Of a stretch of DNA of 64,000 nucleotides, positions 47,587 through 58,289 are shown piece after piece. This stretch comes from an uncultured Spirochaetota bacterium. Lineage in GTDB: Bacteria; Spirochaetota; UBA4802; UBA5550. The first letter of the stretch is position 1; every line of letters begins with the position of its first letter. The stretch is from positions 4,620,942-4,684,941 of the forward strand of contig CAVSFD010000002.1 of NCBI GenBank assembly GCA_963727175.1, in the 5' to 3' direction. The notes below the pieces were generated by a model. That model was not told the DNA's origin, searched no databases, and saw only the letters and a list, made by a program, of their open reading frames with translations. The position numbers and the translations under genes were made by a program.

Positions 47587-48144
47587 TTACTTGGAGTCCG
47601 GGGGCAGGACAAGCTCCAGCTTTGTGCCGAAATCGTACACCTTCGGCTTGTCCATTGGTTTATCCTTTGGTTTTTCCTTTGGCTTCAGCGCGCCCCCTTC
47701 ATCTGTTTCAATCTTTCCCAACTGATCATCCCTGACCGGAGGCTTCACGGCGCCCTTCTTCTGGGCATCGCCGGTGTCTCTTTTGCCGGGCCGCCCTGCC
47801 GGGACCATGTCCCGGGACGGCGCTGTCCGCCTGGAGGTATGAAGATCCTTTCTGACTTTATAATACGGACGCTTCTCAAAACCAGCCGGCATCTTTCCAA
47901 ACGTGCCGGGAGGAATGCCCGACACAATCCAGCGGTACGCGTATCTCCCCTCTTCACGGGCACCGCCGCATCGGCGGTACTGGCAGGGAAGTATCATCAA
48001 TATAAGAAGAACCACAACACCGGCTGCAGCCGCGTAACTCTTCCACCTGCGGGGTCCTTCCTCGCCTGTAACCGTCTCCTGCCGGACCGGGATTTCAGTG
48101 CTGCTGGTCCGCATCCTTGAAGGACTTCCACCGCTTTTTTTCAT
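47587..48144 (-). CDS. hypothetical single-pass membrane protein with Lys/Pro-rich tail
   Basis: 185-aa ORF with one hydrophobic helix (AAAAGVVVLLILMIL) and a KPKEKPKDKPMDKPK repeat. The competing + ORF 47518..48120 looks less protein-like. Weak evidence overall. Confidence 0.35.
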   Translation of the reverse strand: MKKSGGSPSRMRTSSTEIPVRQETVTGEEGPRRWKSYAAAAGVVVLLILMILPCQYRRCGGAREEGRYAYRWIVSGIPPGTFGKMPAGFEKRPYYKVRKDLHTSRRTAPSRDMVPAGRPGKRDTGDAQKKGAVKPPVRDDQLGKIETDEGGALKPKEKPKDKPMDKPKVYDFGTKLELVLPPDSK

Positions 48145-48436
48145 TTCCGATACTACCTTCTCTTCATGAACTCATGCCACTTTATAATATAACAAGAGAT
48201 ACACCAATTGTACAACAAATTCGGCGCAGTCTCGACCTGGAAATACAATCCATGCTCGATCCCCGGGGTGAAGAATGGCCTGCTGTACAGAAATCATGAA
48301 AATGCACATATTTCAAGCCCGTTCATGGACAACACTGCAACCATTAAGGAACAGCATCAATATAAAAAATGAATTGAAAATTGCTATCGCCCGGATAGGG
48401 TTTAACCAAAAATTGCAATGCCCGCGCAGGAAACCC

Positions 48437-49630
48437 ATGGACGAGAGCACAGTATTGATAGACCTCCATAACAAGGCAGAGGAGTTCGGGTCCATCGAAC
48501 GCCTCGTGAGCGAAGCGTCAAAGCTGAGGAAAAAGCATTCCGAAGAATCGATAGCGCTGATCAAGCAATCCCTCGAGATCGGCGATATCCTCAACCACGA
48601 ATTCGAGATCATATCGCGCGCGAACCACACGATGCGCGAACAGGACACCTCGATCCAGAATTACTGCCATATCCTCGATTCAAACACAGCCCGCCAGAAG
48701 GAGATAATCGCCGCCTTCAGGGAAAACCCCCGCGTGAACCAGGCCGCGCTGCAGCAGATGGAGGAGATGGTGCGCAACCTGTCGGAATCGGTGCACAAGG
48801 CGATCATCCTTCTTCACATGCTCATCGAGAACGATAACGAAATCATCCTGATGGACAACCTCATCATCAACCGGAAAAAATTTCAGAGGGACTCCATCGA
48901 CCGGCTCAAGAAACTGGCCTTCCGTACCATGGAAGACGCCGACAGCGCCATCCGCGGATCATCCTCCAATCTCAGGCGCGGTCTCCAGCTGGTTGAGGGT
49001 CTGGCCGACGTGCAGCGGCATCTCGCGGAAAAAAACAGGGATGAGATCAACAGGCTCATCGACGAGGCGCACACCGGATGGAACATAGCCGCCGCGGTGA
49101 ACAGGAGCTCAGCCACGCAGATGATTTTCGCGGAGCAGGTGGGACAGTTCACCGCCAGGCTCCATGAAGATTCAGAAGCCATCCGGGACCTGGTCGTCGA
49201 TAAGCACCGGCTCTTTTCCCGCAACCTGGAGCTGTTGAAGGAGCTTACCGTCATCCTTTCCCTCGAGATCAAGGATTACCTTCCGGCCAGCGAGCTGGCA
49301 AGCAGCCTGTGCGCTGGAACAATCCTTCCGGGCGAGGTCCGCCGCCTGGCGAGCAACCTGGTGTCTTACGTGACCATTGCCTGCAGAGACATCCTGTTCG
49401 TCTCGAATCTCAATTTCGACATGACCGACAGCATCAACCTGAACGCGGACATCGAGAAAAAATCCGTCGATCTCACCAGGACTGAAATGGAGTATTTCGA
49501 GCGGATCAGCAGGGAGGTGCAGAGCATGACGGAAGCGACCAGGTACCCGATCGAAGGCTCTGAACGGAACATCGAGAACGGCAGGATCATCGAAAACTAT
49601 TTGAGGAAGATCATGGAAGGCGCCCGGTAA
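48437..49630 (+). CDS. hypothetical all-helical (coiled-coil-like) protein
   Basis: Long ORF with heptad-like, charged helical composition and no recognisable motif. The start is ambiguous (48275, 48296 or 48437); I chose 48437. Confidence 0.55.
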   Translation: MDESTVLIDLHNKAEEFGSIERLVSEASKLRKKHSEESIALIKQSLEIGDILNHEFEIISRANHTMREQDTSIQNYCHILDSNTARQKEIIAAFRENPRVNQAALQQMEEMVRNLSESVHKAIILLHMLIENDNEIILMDNLIINRKKFQRDSIDRLKKLAFRTMEDADSAIRGSSSNLRRGLQLVEGLADVQRHLAEKNRDEINRLIDEAHTGWNIAAAVNRSSATQMIFAEQVGQFTARLHEDSEAIRDLVVDKHRLFSRNLELLKELTVILSLEIKDYLPASELASSLCAGTILPGEVRRLASNLVSYVTIACRDILFVSNLNFDMTDSINLNADIEKKSVDLTRTEMEYFERISREVQSMTEATRYPIEGSERNIENGRIIENYLRKIMEGAR

Positions 49631-49660
49631 ACAGGTGCTGCGTAAATATTTAATGTATAT

Positions 49661-49792
49661 CTCTCGCAGAGACGCAGGGGCGCGGAGAAAAATAGATAAC
49701 ACATGCACCTTAAAATCATTTTCTACAGCATGTGGTTATAGAATACCCTGGGTGAATTGTTAAAACTCTGCGTCTCAGCGCCTCCGCGAGAG
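49661..49792. repeat. MITE/REP-like element copy B
   Basis: The arms CTCTCGCAGAGACGCAGGGGCGCGGAG and CTCTGCGTCTCAGCGCCTCCGCGAGAG form about 27-bp imperfect terminal inverted repeats. The right-hand 46 bp are about 85% identical to copy A. The element lies between convergent genes. Confidence 0.7.
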
Positions 49793-49800
49793 GCATTCTT

Positions 49801-50340
49801 TTATTTTTCTTTATGAATGACCACGCAGTCCCCGGCCGGCGTTTCGCCGGAGAGGATGACCTCTATCTCATCCTTTATCCCGGTCTTGATCCGGTACCCG
49901 CAGTAGTCCGGCTGGATCGGCAATTCACGGTTCCCCCGGTCCACCATGACGAAAAGCCGTATGGCCCTGGGCCTTCCAAAGGATGTGAGTGTCTCCAGCG
50001 CAGCCTTTGTGGTCCGGCCGGTGAATATAACGTCATCCACAAGGAGTATGGTCATATCGGAAATATCAAAGGCGATAGATGTCTCCTTTATCGAGGGAAG
50101 CACGCCCCGCGTGGCAAGGTCATCGCGGTAAAAGGTTATGTCCAGGATCCCGTTCCTGAGCTGTTTGCCGGACAGCTCCTCGATGCGGCTCCGAATACGC
50201 CGGGCCAGTTCGACCCCGCCGGTCTGGAGGCCGATAACGGCGAACTTGTCGATGTCATCAAGATCGTTGAAGATCTGACCGGATAGGCGGTCTATTATTT
50301 CGGCAATATCCCTGCTCTGGAGCAGAACTGTTTTTTCCAT
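49801..50340 (-). CDS. pyrR: bifunctional pyrimidine operon regulator / uracil phosphoribosyltransferase PyrR
   Basis: VIGLQTGGVELARRI..., DITFYRDDL, and the PRPP loop ILLVDDVIFTGRTTKAAL. 179 aa. It starts 3 nt after the carB stop. Confidence 0.9.
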   Translation of the reverse strand: MEKTVLLQSRDIAEIIDRLSGQIFNDLDDIDKFAVIGLQTGGVELARRIRSRIEELSGKQLRNGILDITFYRDDLATRGVLPSIKETSIAFDISDMTILLVDDVIFTGRTTKAALETLTSFGRPRAIRLFVMVDRGNRELPIQPDYCGYRIKTGIKDEIEVILSGETPAGDCVVIHKEK

Positions 50341-50343
50341 AAC

Positions 50344-53300
50344 TCAAACAACCTCTTTGTGGTATTCCTGGATCGGCCTGACGGCATAGTCCCTGTTCTT
50401 TTTGATTTCAAGAAGACCCCGTATAGCCGCCCGCGCCGACTGCACGGTGGTCATGTAGGGGATATGGTAGCGCACCCCGGCCTGGCGGATCAGGTACGAA
50501 TCGTCCTTTGACACCTTGCCGGAGGGCGTGTTGATGATCATGTCGATTTCCTTGTTTTTCATCAGGTCGATGATGTTGGGACGTCCCTCGCTCACCTTGT
50601 GAACCTGGCCGCATGGTATGCCCAGCTCGTTGTAATATTGCGCAGTCCCCTCGGTGGCGATGAATTTGAAACCGCTTTCATGAAGGCTCCGCACTTCCGG
50701 GAGCAGCTCATCGCGATACCTGCTGCTTATGGATAAAAGTACCGTCCCCGACAGGGGAAGCGAATCGCCGGCGGCCAGGGTCGCCTTGTAAAAAGACTCG
50801 CCGAAATTCCCCGATATGCCCATCACTTCGCCGGTGGATTTCATCTCCGGCGACAGGAGGGTGTCCACGCCGGGAAACTTGTTAAAGGGCAGCACCGCCT
50901 CCTTGACGCTGACGAAGGGGATCTTCTTCATCCTGAGCAGGTTATAGTCAGCGAGCTTTTTGCCCAGCATCACCCGAACGGCCATCTTCGCCAGGGGCAC
51001 GCCGGTGGTCTTTGACACGAAGGGAACGGTCCGCGACGCGCGCGGATTCACCTCGATGACATAGAGGAGCTTGTCCTTGATGGCGAACTGGATGTTGAGG
51101 AGCCCGATCACGCCCAGCTCCCGGGCCAGGGCCTCCGTCGTGTCGGCGATGGTCAGCATCATGTCCCCGGAAATAGACAGCGGCGGGATGATGCAGGCGG
51201 AATCGCCCGAATGGATCCCGGCCTCCTCCACGTGCTCCATGATGGCCCCGATGTACACGTCCGTGCCGTCGGAGATTGCGTCGACGTCCATCTCGATGGC
51301 GTCCTCCAGGAAATCGTCCACCAGTATCGGGTGCTCAGGGGAAAGCTCAACTGCCGTGGCGATGTAGTCCCGCAGGCTGTCTTCGTCATATATGATAGCC
51401 ATGGCCCGGCCGCCCAGGACGTAACTGGGACGCACCAGGACCGGGTAGCCTATCGAACCGGCGACGCGGATCGCCTCCTCCTCGGCGAAGGCGATGCCGT
51501 TGTCCGGCTGCAGCAGGCCGAGCTTGCGCACGACCTCGGCAAAGCGCTCCCGGTCCTCGGCGCGGTCGATCGAATCGGGCGACGTGCCGATGATCTTCAC
51601 GCCGTTCTCCTCGAGGGCCCGGGCCAGGCGCAGCGGCGTCTGGCCGCCGAACTGCACGATCACGCCATCCGGCTTCTCGCGGTTGTATATATGGAGGACG
51701 TCCTCCAGGGTGAGCGGCTCGAAGTAGAGCCGGTCAGAAGTGTCATAGTCGGTGGAAACGGTCTCCGGGTTGGAGTTCACCATGATCGACTCGATCCCCT
51801 CCTCGCGCAGGGCGAAGGAGGCGTGGCAGCAGCAGTAATCGAACTCGATCCCCTGCCCGATGCGGTTTGGCCCGCCGCCGAGGATCATGATCTTCTTCCT
51901 GTCCGAGACCGCGGCCTCATCCGCGTCGTCATAGGAGGAATAATAATAGGGCGTGAAGGCCGCGAACTCGCCGCCGCAGGTGTCCACGAGGCGGAAGCCC
52001 GGCACGATGCCCCGTTCGAAGCGGAATTTCCTCACCTCGTCCTCCCTGGACTTCAGCGCCTTCGCGTACTCCTTCTGGAAATCAGGGCCGCGCTCGTAGA
52101 GGCGGATGAGCTCGTCGCGGTGCGACAGGTATCCGAGCTGGCGGTCCGAGAAGCCGAGGCGCTTCATGCGACGCACGGTCTCTTCGTCCAGGCACCCCGT
52201 CTTGCTCTCTTCGGCGAAATTCTGCGCCGCCTCCACGATCTCGTAGATCTGCGTCAGGAACCACCGGTCGATGCCGGTGAGGGCATGGACGCGATCGACG
52301 CTCCACCCCATCTTGAAGGCCACGTTGAGGAAAAACATCCGGTCCTCGCGGGTGTTGAAGAGCTCCTTCTCGATGATGTCACGCTTGTGTCGCTCGGGAA
52401 GCCGCTTCAGCATCTCGATGATCTTGACCACGCCGTCCGAGCCGAAACCGTAGCGGTTGATTTCCAGGGAGCGGAGCGCTTTCTGAAAGGATTCCTTGAA
52501 GGTGCGTGCCGATAGCCATGGCCTCGCCGACCGACTTCATCTGCGTGCCCAGGCGCGAATCGGCGCCCTCGAATTTCTCGAAGGCCCAGCGCGGCGTTTT
52601 GACCACGACATAGTCAATGGTGGGCTCAAAGGACGCCGGCGTTTCCCTGGTGATGTCATTCGGTATCTCGTCCAGGGTGAGCCCCACGGCGAGCTTGGCC
52701 GCAATTTTCGCGATGGGGAACCCCGTCGCCTTGGATGCCAGGGCGCTGGAACTCGGCTCACGCGGGGATTCATCTCGATAACCATCACCCGCCCGTCCGC
52801 CGGGTTGACGGCAAACTGGATATTGGACCCGCCGGTGTCGACCCCTATTTCCCGTATGATCTTGATGGACATATTTCTCAGGTTCTGGTATTCCCGGTCA
52901 GAGAGGGTCTGCTGCGGCGCCACGGTGATGGAATCGCCGGTATGGATCCCCATGGGGTCGATGTTCTCGATGGAGCAGATGATGACCACATTGTCCTTCC
53001 GGTCTCGCATCACCTCGAGCTCGAACTCCTTCCACCCGATCACGGACTCCTCGAGGAGCACCTGGCTTATAGGGGACTCGTCGAGGCCCCGCGCCACCAG
53101 GTCGATGAAGTCCTCGCGGTTGTACACGATATTGCCGCCCGTGCCTCCCAGGGTGAAGGCGGGACGGATGATGAGAGGGAGGCTGATCCTCTCAAGCACG
53201 GCCAGGGCCTCCTCGATGGATGACGCAAGGCCGGACTGGGGCACCGACATGCCGATGGAGATCATTGCCTGCTTGAAGAGATCCCGGTCCTCGGCTTTCT

Positions 53301-53670
53301 TGATTGAAGCTATGCTGGCGCCGATAAGCTCAATACCGTAGCGCTCGAAGACCCCGCGCTCACCCAGGGCCAGGGTCACGTTCAGGGCGGTCTGCCCGCC
53401 GACGGTCGGCAGCACGGCGTCAGGTTTTTCTATGGCTATGATTTTCTCGACGATATCCGGCGTAATCGGCTCGATGTAGGTGCGGTCGGCGAGCTCCGGG
53501 TCTGTCATGATAGTGGCCGGGTTGGAATTGATCAGGACGACCTGATATCCCTCCTCTTTCAGGGCCTTGCAGGCCTGGGAACCGGAATAATCAAACTCGC
53601 AGGCCTGACCGATAACTATCGGTCCGGAACCGATGATCAGTATTTTTTTTATATCTGTCCGCTTGGGCAT
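50344..53670 (-). pseudogene. carB: carbamoyl-phosphate synthase large subunit, interrupted by two compensating frame shifts
   Basis: Three collinear ORFs carry consecutive CarB sequence. ORF 52537..53670 has [30 protein letters not shown]...[11 protein letters not shown] 52379..52687 has [13 protein letters not shown]...[12 protein letters not shown] 50344..52431 carries the rest, including the second ATP-grasp and MGS-like domains. Confidence 0.9.
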
Positions 53671-53694
53671 AGTACTCCTTGTATCAATCTACGA

Positions 53695-53724
53695 ATTACA
53701 ATTTTTGTATAGAATATTTGTCAA
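53695..53724 (-). promoter_or_regulatory. possible sigma70-type promoter for carB-pyrR (TTGACA-N18-TGTAAT)
   Basis: Read on the minus strand: TTGACA (53724-53719), an 18-nt spacer, then TGTAAT (53700-53695), about 25 nt upstream of the AAGGAG RBS. Hexamer match only. Confidence 0.3.
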
Positions 53725-53919
53725 TTAAAATAGTTTTAAATATGATTAAATTTACATGGAATATACAGATGTCGTTACCAAGCATCGGAAAAAAGCTTCC
53801 CTGCCTGCGGAACTAATTTGCATGCTTTGAAGTTATAGACATCCCCGGCCGCCCGGCTCTTTCTTCTGATGCTATCCCGTATTTGTCCACACGGACGCGG
53901 CAGAATAATAAAATAATAT

Positions 53920-53949
53920 TTGACTTTCGGGCCCCGGAGAATGCATAAT
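53920..53949 (+). promoter_or_regulatory. possible sigma70-type promoter (TTGACT-N18-CATAAT) upstream of the response-regulator operon
   Basis: The hexamers lie at 53920-53925 and 53944-53949, about 40 nt before the strong RBS of a 26-codon ORF. Confidence 0.35.
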
Positions 53950-54078
53950 TATCAATATATAAAAATGCAGTTGAAGGACAAAGGAGAAAATGTCTTCAAC
54001 CACGAGTAACGATGGGGGGGCCACCGTACTCAACTCATCTCCCGCACGACCATACTATCAGCCTGGCTGATTGATGAT

Positions 54079-54762
54079 ATGACAATGGGCGATATAAAGC
54101 GCATACTGATCGTTGACGATCATCCCCTGATCTGCAAGGGGCTGGCCCTCATGATATCCAAAAAGGCGCCGGACATCCAGGTGTGCGGCGACGCCGACGA
54201 CATCAATGCAGCCCTGGATGTAACGGCGTCCCTGGAACCGGACCTCGTTGTGGTCGACATCGAGTTGAAGAGTTCCAACGGGCTGGACCTCGTAAAGGCG
54301 CTGCGGTCGCGCCATCCCGACATCCCCACCCTGGTCTTTTCCATGCATAATGAAACTATATATGCCGAGCGGGCACTCCGCGCCGGCGCGAAAGGGTATG
54401 TCATGAAGGACCTCCCGGTGGAGAAGCTGATCGAGGCGATCCGCAAAATTTTGGAAGGCAAACTGTATTTCAGCGAAGACATCACCATGAAGATACTCGG
54501 CAAGTTCGTCAACATCGGGCTTAATGAATACGAGCTTCCCCTGAGCAGGCTTTCCAACAGGGAGCTGGAAATATTCCAGCTTATCGGCCAGGAATTGAAG
54601 AGCGGCAATATTGCGAAAAAGCTCAACATCAGCATTAAAACCGTGGAAGCGCACCGTGACAACATCCGGAAAAAGCTCCTCCTCACCACCAATGATGATC
54701 TGAACCGCTTTGCCAGGGAATGGTCGACGCACAATAATACAGCGTCCGCGCTCCCCCTCTGA
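54079..54762 (+). CDS. NarL/FixJ (LuxR)-type response regulator
   Basis: Receiver ILIVDDHPL...DLVVVDIELKSSNG...; LuxR HTH LSNRELEIFQLIGQELKSGNIAKKLNISIKTVEAHRDNIRKKL. Confidence 0.9.
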   Translation: MTMGDIKRILIVDDHPLICKGLALMISKKAPDIQVCGDADDINAALDVTASLEPDLVVVDIELKSSNGLDLVKALRSRHPDIPTLVFSMHNETIYAERALRAGAKGYVMKDLPVEKLIEAIRKILEGKLYFSEDITMKILGKFVNIGLNEYELPLSRLSNRELEIFQLIGQELKSGNIAKKLNISIKTVEAHRDNIRKKLLLTTNDDLNRFAREWSTHNNTASALPL

Positions 54763-54809
54763 TGGCCTCTGCCCCCAGTCACTATCAGACAAAAAGCCTA
54801 GCAATTCCC

Positions 54810-54823
54810 TAGGAATATTCCTA
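54810..54823. promoter_or_regulatory. perfect 14-bp palindrome TAGGAATATTCCTA
   Basis: It sits in the intergenic region between the LuxR-type regulator and the HisKA_2 kinase, about 25 nt upstream of a TTGACA-N17-TATTTT promoter-like pair (54848-54876). Confidence 0.4.
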
Positions 54824-55114
54824 TAGAAAAATAGGGCCCTCCCCTAATTGACATCTGCAGCATGAAACCGTATTTTAAATCCACATTGTTGTTTCCGGGT
54901 TCTGTTTTATATTAATAACTGCGTGACGGGTTTAAAAAACATACAATTTCATGACATGCTTCATGGAAGAGGCGCTTGGTTGCTGTCACGGATAAAAAAA
55001 GTGGGATGCAGTATTCAGGTACTGGTGGTTAGAGTAACAGCTCGCACTTATATAAATTACACGTTCTCCGGCTAAGCACACCATTCTGAGCTGTAATCCA
55101 TAAGAAGTCCTTTC

Positions 55115-56101
55115 ATGCACCACTCTTCCTTATGCCCCGTCACTGGGGGGATGCAAAACATGATTTTCCGGTACGATAACGAACGCGACAAGATATTTTT
55201 CAGTGAAACAGTTGACCGGCCGGACACGGTTACCTTCGAAAGGCATATCCACGCGATCCAGGAGGAATGCGGCGTGTCAGGGCAATATGACCGTCTGGAA
55301 TCGGTTTTCCACGAGCTAGCATGCGCCAATTCGCCCCTTGAAAGTCCCATCATGTTCTATGATAATAGCGGCAGCAGGACATTCAAATTCCACCTCATCC
55401 CCGAGCATGATACGTCCGGGAAAATCGTGTCCATAATATGCATATCCCAGGACATTACGGAGATGATGAACATCATCGACACGGTGTGCATGCTGCAGAA
55501 AGAGAAAGAAACGATGCTCCGGGAGCTCCATGACCGGGTCAAGAACAACCTCCAGATAATCGAAAGTCTCCTTCGTCTCCAGGCAGACCGTATCCATGAC
55601 TTCAATTACTATTCACTCTACGAGAATTACGTCAACCGCATCCACGCGATCGCCCTGATCCAGAACCACCTCTACCAGGAGGAAAACGTGGAATCGGTCA
55701 ACCTGGGCGCGTACATCGGCGATTTCATCGATACCGTTAAAACAAATCCCGCCCTCGAAACGAAGCGCATTGAGATCAGCTACACCGCGGACCCCGGCAG
55801 GCTCGACTTGACCGTTGCCATACCCTGCGCTCTGATCATCAACGAACTGGTGATCAATTCACTGCAGCACGCGTTCCCGGCCGGAAGAAACGGACGCATT
55901 ACCATACAGTTCGCCTATGATTTTCTCATGATGGCGCACGTCCTTGACGTGTCCGACGACGGCATCGGTATCCCGGAATACGTGGACTGCTACCATCCGG
56001 TGACGCTGGGCCTCGAACTGGTACACTCCCTGGTGCGCCAGATAAAGGGGACCCTTGCAATTTCACGCAAAAACGGGACTCATTACCGCATCAGGTTCTG
56101 A
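55115..56101 (+). CDS. PAS - HisKA_2 sensor histidine kinase (cytoplasmic)
   Basis: H-box [28 protein letters not shown] and ATPase motifs [22 protein letters not shown] and GLELV. The start is uncertain (55115 or 55151). Confidence 0.8.
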   Translation: MHHSSLCPVTGGMQNMIFRYDNERDKIFFSETVDRPDTVTFERHIHAIQEECGVSGQYDRLESVFHELACANSPLESPIMFYDNSGSRTFKFHLIPEHDTSGKIVSIICISQDITEMMNIIDTVCMLQKEKETMLRELHDRVKNNLQIIESLLRLQADRIHDFNYYSLYENYVNRIHAIALIQNHLYQEENVESVNLGAYIGDFIDTVKTNPALETKRIEISYTADPGRLDLTVAIPCALIINELVINSLQHAFPAGRNGRITIQFAYDFLMMAHVLDVSDDGIGIPEYVDCYHPVTLGLELVHSLVRQIKGTLAISRKNGTHYRIRF

Positions 56102-56165
56102 TGCCGGTTCAGTTTACATATATATTTCTACGGGCAGAGAGCAAATCAAACAGGGGGAGTCAGAC

Positions 56166-58034
56166 ATGAAGACAAAAGTAGCATTTCTTGGAAACTTAAG
56201 GATAAAAACAAAAATATTTGTATCCAGTTTAGTTATTATCCTGATTTTCATCAGCGCCTTCGCGTTGTTTTTAATTCCCAAAATGAGGACCTGCATCGTT
56301 GACCAGAAAAAATACAAGCTGAAAGAGGTGACCGAGCTGGGCATCAGCATCGCCCAGAACCTCTATGACAAATCCGTGAACGGGACCATCACCGACGAGG
56401 AAGCGCGGGCCCAGGCCATAGACATGATCAATTCCCTGAGATACGGTCCCGAGGGAAAGGACTACCTCTGGATAAACGACTTCACGCCGACCATGATCTC
56501 ACACCCTTTTGCCGCGAAACTGGTGGGCACCGACCTGACGGATTACAAGGACCCCCATGGGAAGGCGATATTCCTTGAGATGGTGAAAGTCTGCAGGGAA
56601 AGCGGCAAAGGATATGTCGACTACATGTGGCAGTGGAAGGACCAGAAAGACAGGATCGTGCCGAAAATATCATATGTACAGACCTTCAAACCGTGGGGCT
56701 GGATCATCGGCACCGGCGTGTACATCAACGACGTCAACGATGAAATATGGTCGATCCTGTTCGTGGTAATCGGCGTTTTCTCCGGCGTAATCGCGATCAT
56801 GTTCGGGATCTTTTACGGCATATCCCGCATGATCACGACGCCGATAAACGGGATCACGGAAATGATGAAGGATATCGCCGAGAGAAACGGCGACCTGACA
56901 AAAAGGATCGAGATAACATCACGCGACGAGATCGGGGAACTGGGAACCTGGATCAACACCTTCATCAATGATATACACGACATCATAGCCCAGGTCTCTG
57001 CCAACGCAACGCACCTGGCCCAGACCATCGAACAGATATCGAGCGGGAACCAGAACCTCTCCCAGCGCACCTCCGAGCAGGCCTCGGCCCTCGAGGAGAT
57101 CGCCACCATCATCGAGGAGGCCGTGGCCACCATCAAGCAGAACTCCGAGAACTCCGAGGAGGCGAACAGGAAATCCGAAGAAGCGGCCAAGGTGGTGCAG
57201 GAGGCGAAAGACCAGTCGATCAAGTCGATCCAGCTGGCAGAATCGGGCGGAACGATAGTATCCAGGGCCGTCGAGTCGATAAACGAAGTGAATAAATCAA
57301 GCAAGAAAATCGCTGACATACTGAAGGTGATCAACGATATCGCCTTCCAGACCAATCTCCTGGCCCTTAACGCCGCGGTCGAAGCCGCCCGGGCCGGAGA
57401 CCAGGGCCGTGGTTTCGCGGTGGTCGCCGGCGAAGTCCGCAACCTGGCGCAGCGGTCCGCCGGCGCGGCCAACGAGATCAGTGACATGATATCGGATTCC
57501 ATCAGCAAGGTGGAGCTCGGCACTGACCTGGTTTCCCAGAGCGGCGAATCGCTGGTCAGCATAATCGAATCCGCGAAAATGAACGGTGAAGCCCTTGAGC
57601 GCGTCATAGCCTCCGTCAGCATGGTGGGCCAGCTGATATCCGAAATAGCGGCCGCCGGCGTCGAGCAGCGCCAGGGGATCGAGCAGATCAACACGGCAAT
57701 CTGTGAAATCGACACGACGACGCAGAAGAATGCGTCGCTGGTCGAGGAGACCGCATCGGCGAGCGAAATGCTGGTGAACCAGGCAACGGACCTGATGAAG
57801 CTGGTCCAGAAGTTCAGGATCAACGAAGATCAGACCATTGATGCGGCAGCGGAAAAGCAGCACGCGATGCATAGTGAAAGTCTGAAACGGATGGAAGGCC
57901 AGAAGGCATCGATACACGCGGGTGGCAACGGCAACGGAAGAAAGCATGCGGCCGTTGACCAGTCGGCGATCATGGCGGCGGAGAAACGACCCATAAGCGA
58001 AATCATGAGAAAGGACGGATTCAGCGAATTTTAA
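56166..58034 (+). CDS. methyl-accepting chemotaxis protein with single-Cache (sCache_2-like) sensor and HAMP
   Basis: Start at MKTKVAFLG after GGGGAG. The Cache-like region is DYLWINDF...ISHPF...[13 protein letters not shown]...[13 protein letters not shown]. The signalling hairpin is [31 protein letters not shown]. Confidence 0.9.
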   Translation: MKTKVAFLGNLRIKTKIFVSSLVIILIFISAFALFLIPKMRTCIVDQKKYKLKEVTELGISIAQNLYDKSVNGTITDEEARAQAIDMINSLRYGPEGKDYLWINDFTPTMISHPFAAKLVGTDLTDYKDPHGKAIFLEMVKVCRESGKGYVDYMWQWKDQKDRIVPKISYVQTFKPWGWIIGTGVYINDVNDEIWSILFVVIGVFSGVIAIMFGIFYGISRMITTPINGITEMMKDIAERNGDLTKRIEITSRDEIGELGTWINTFINDIHDIIAQVSANATHLAQTIEQISSGNQNLSQRTSEQASALEEIATIIEEAVATIKQNSENSEEANRKSEEAAKVVQEAKDQSIKSIQLAESGGTIVSRAVESINEVNKSSKKIADILKVINDIAFQTNLLALNAAVEAARAGDQGRGFAVVAGEVRNLAQRSAGAANEISDMISDSISKVELGTDLVSQSGESLVSIIESAKMNGEALERVIASVSMVGQLISEIAAAGVEQRQGIEQINTAICEIDTTTQKNASLVEETASASEMLVNQATDLMKLVQKFRINEDQTIDAAAEKQHAMHSESLKRMEGQKASIHAGGNGNGRKHAAVDQSAIMAAEKRPISEIMRKDGFSEF

Positions 58035-58046
58035 TAGCCGGATACA

Positions 58047-58083
58047 GCGGCAGCGCGGTTTACAACCGCACTGCCGCGTTTTC
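58047..58083 (+). terminator. intrinsic terminator after the MCP gene
   Basis: GCGGCAGCGCGGTT-tac-AACCGCACTGCCGC gives a 14-bp stem with one mismatch. GTTTT follows, 13 nt after the stop. Confidence 0.55.
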
Positions 58084-58289
58084 CCCAGGCTACCTGCCCT
58101 ATAAAAAAATTGTTATTTACAAAATTCCCGCAAAATATACTATTTCCTTCCAATCTGGCTAATTGGCGTCCAATTTTTGTCATCCCGCGGCATTTATTAG
58201 TCAGGAAGCTGGGGTATGATGTCGATTAATATCTTATCATATCTAATCGTTACCAGTAGGCACATTCAGGATAAGACAGATACGCGGCA

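Noticed and set aside
47518-48120. 200-aa + strand ORF competing with the minus-strand ORF 47587..48144
   Set aside because: Its translation is Leu/Arg/His/Cys-rich with no helix or charge organisation. The minus-strand product at least has a clean TM helix and a KP-repeat tail. Neither is well supported, so I kept only the minus ORF, at low confidence.
51211-52515. 434-aa + strand ORF antisense to carB
   Set aside because: It has a Gly/Arg/His/Val/Leu-rich composition with no motif, and the opposite strand carries unmistakable CarB sequence. High-GC third positions keep the antisense frame open.
53671-53990. PyrR-binding attenuator (UCCAGAGAGG-type loop plus terminator/antiterminator) in the carB-pyrR leader
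   Set aside because: I scanned the minus-strand leader and found no match to the PyrR binding loop. The promoter-like hexamers leave only about 25 nt of leader, too short for an attenuator.
58161-58175. Link between the AATTGGCGTCCAATT palindrome and the ATTGGACGRCCAACCAA repeats at 1463/1586
   Set aside because: They share only the 8-mer ATTGGACG and differ in spacing by one nucleotide. An 8-mer is expected about twice by chance on both strands of 64 kb, so I treat them as unrelated.
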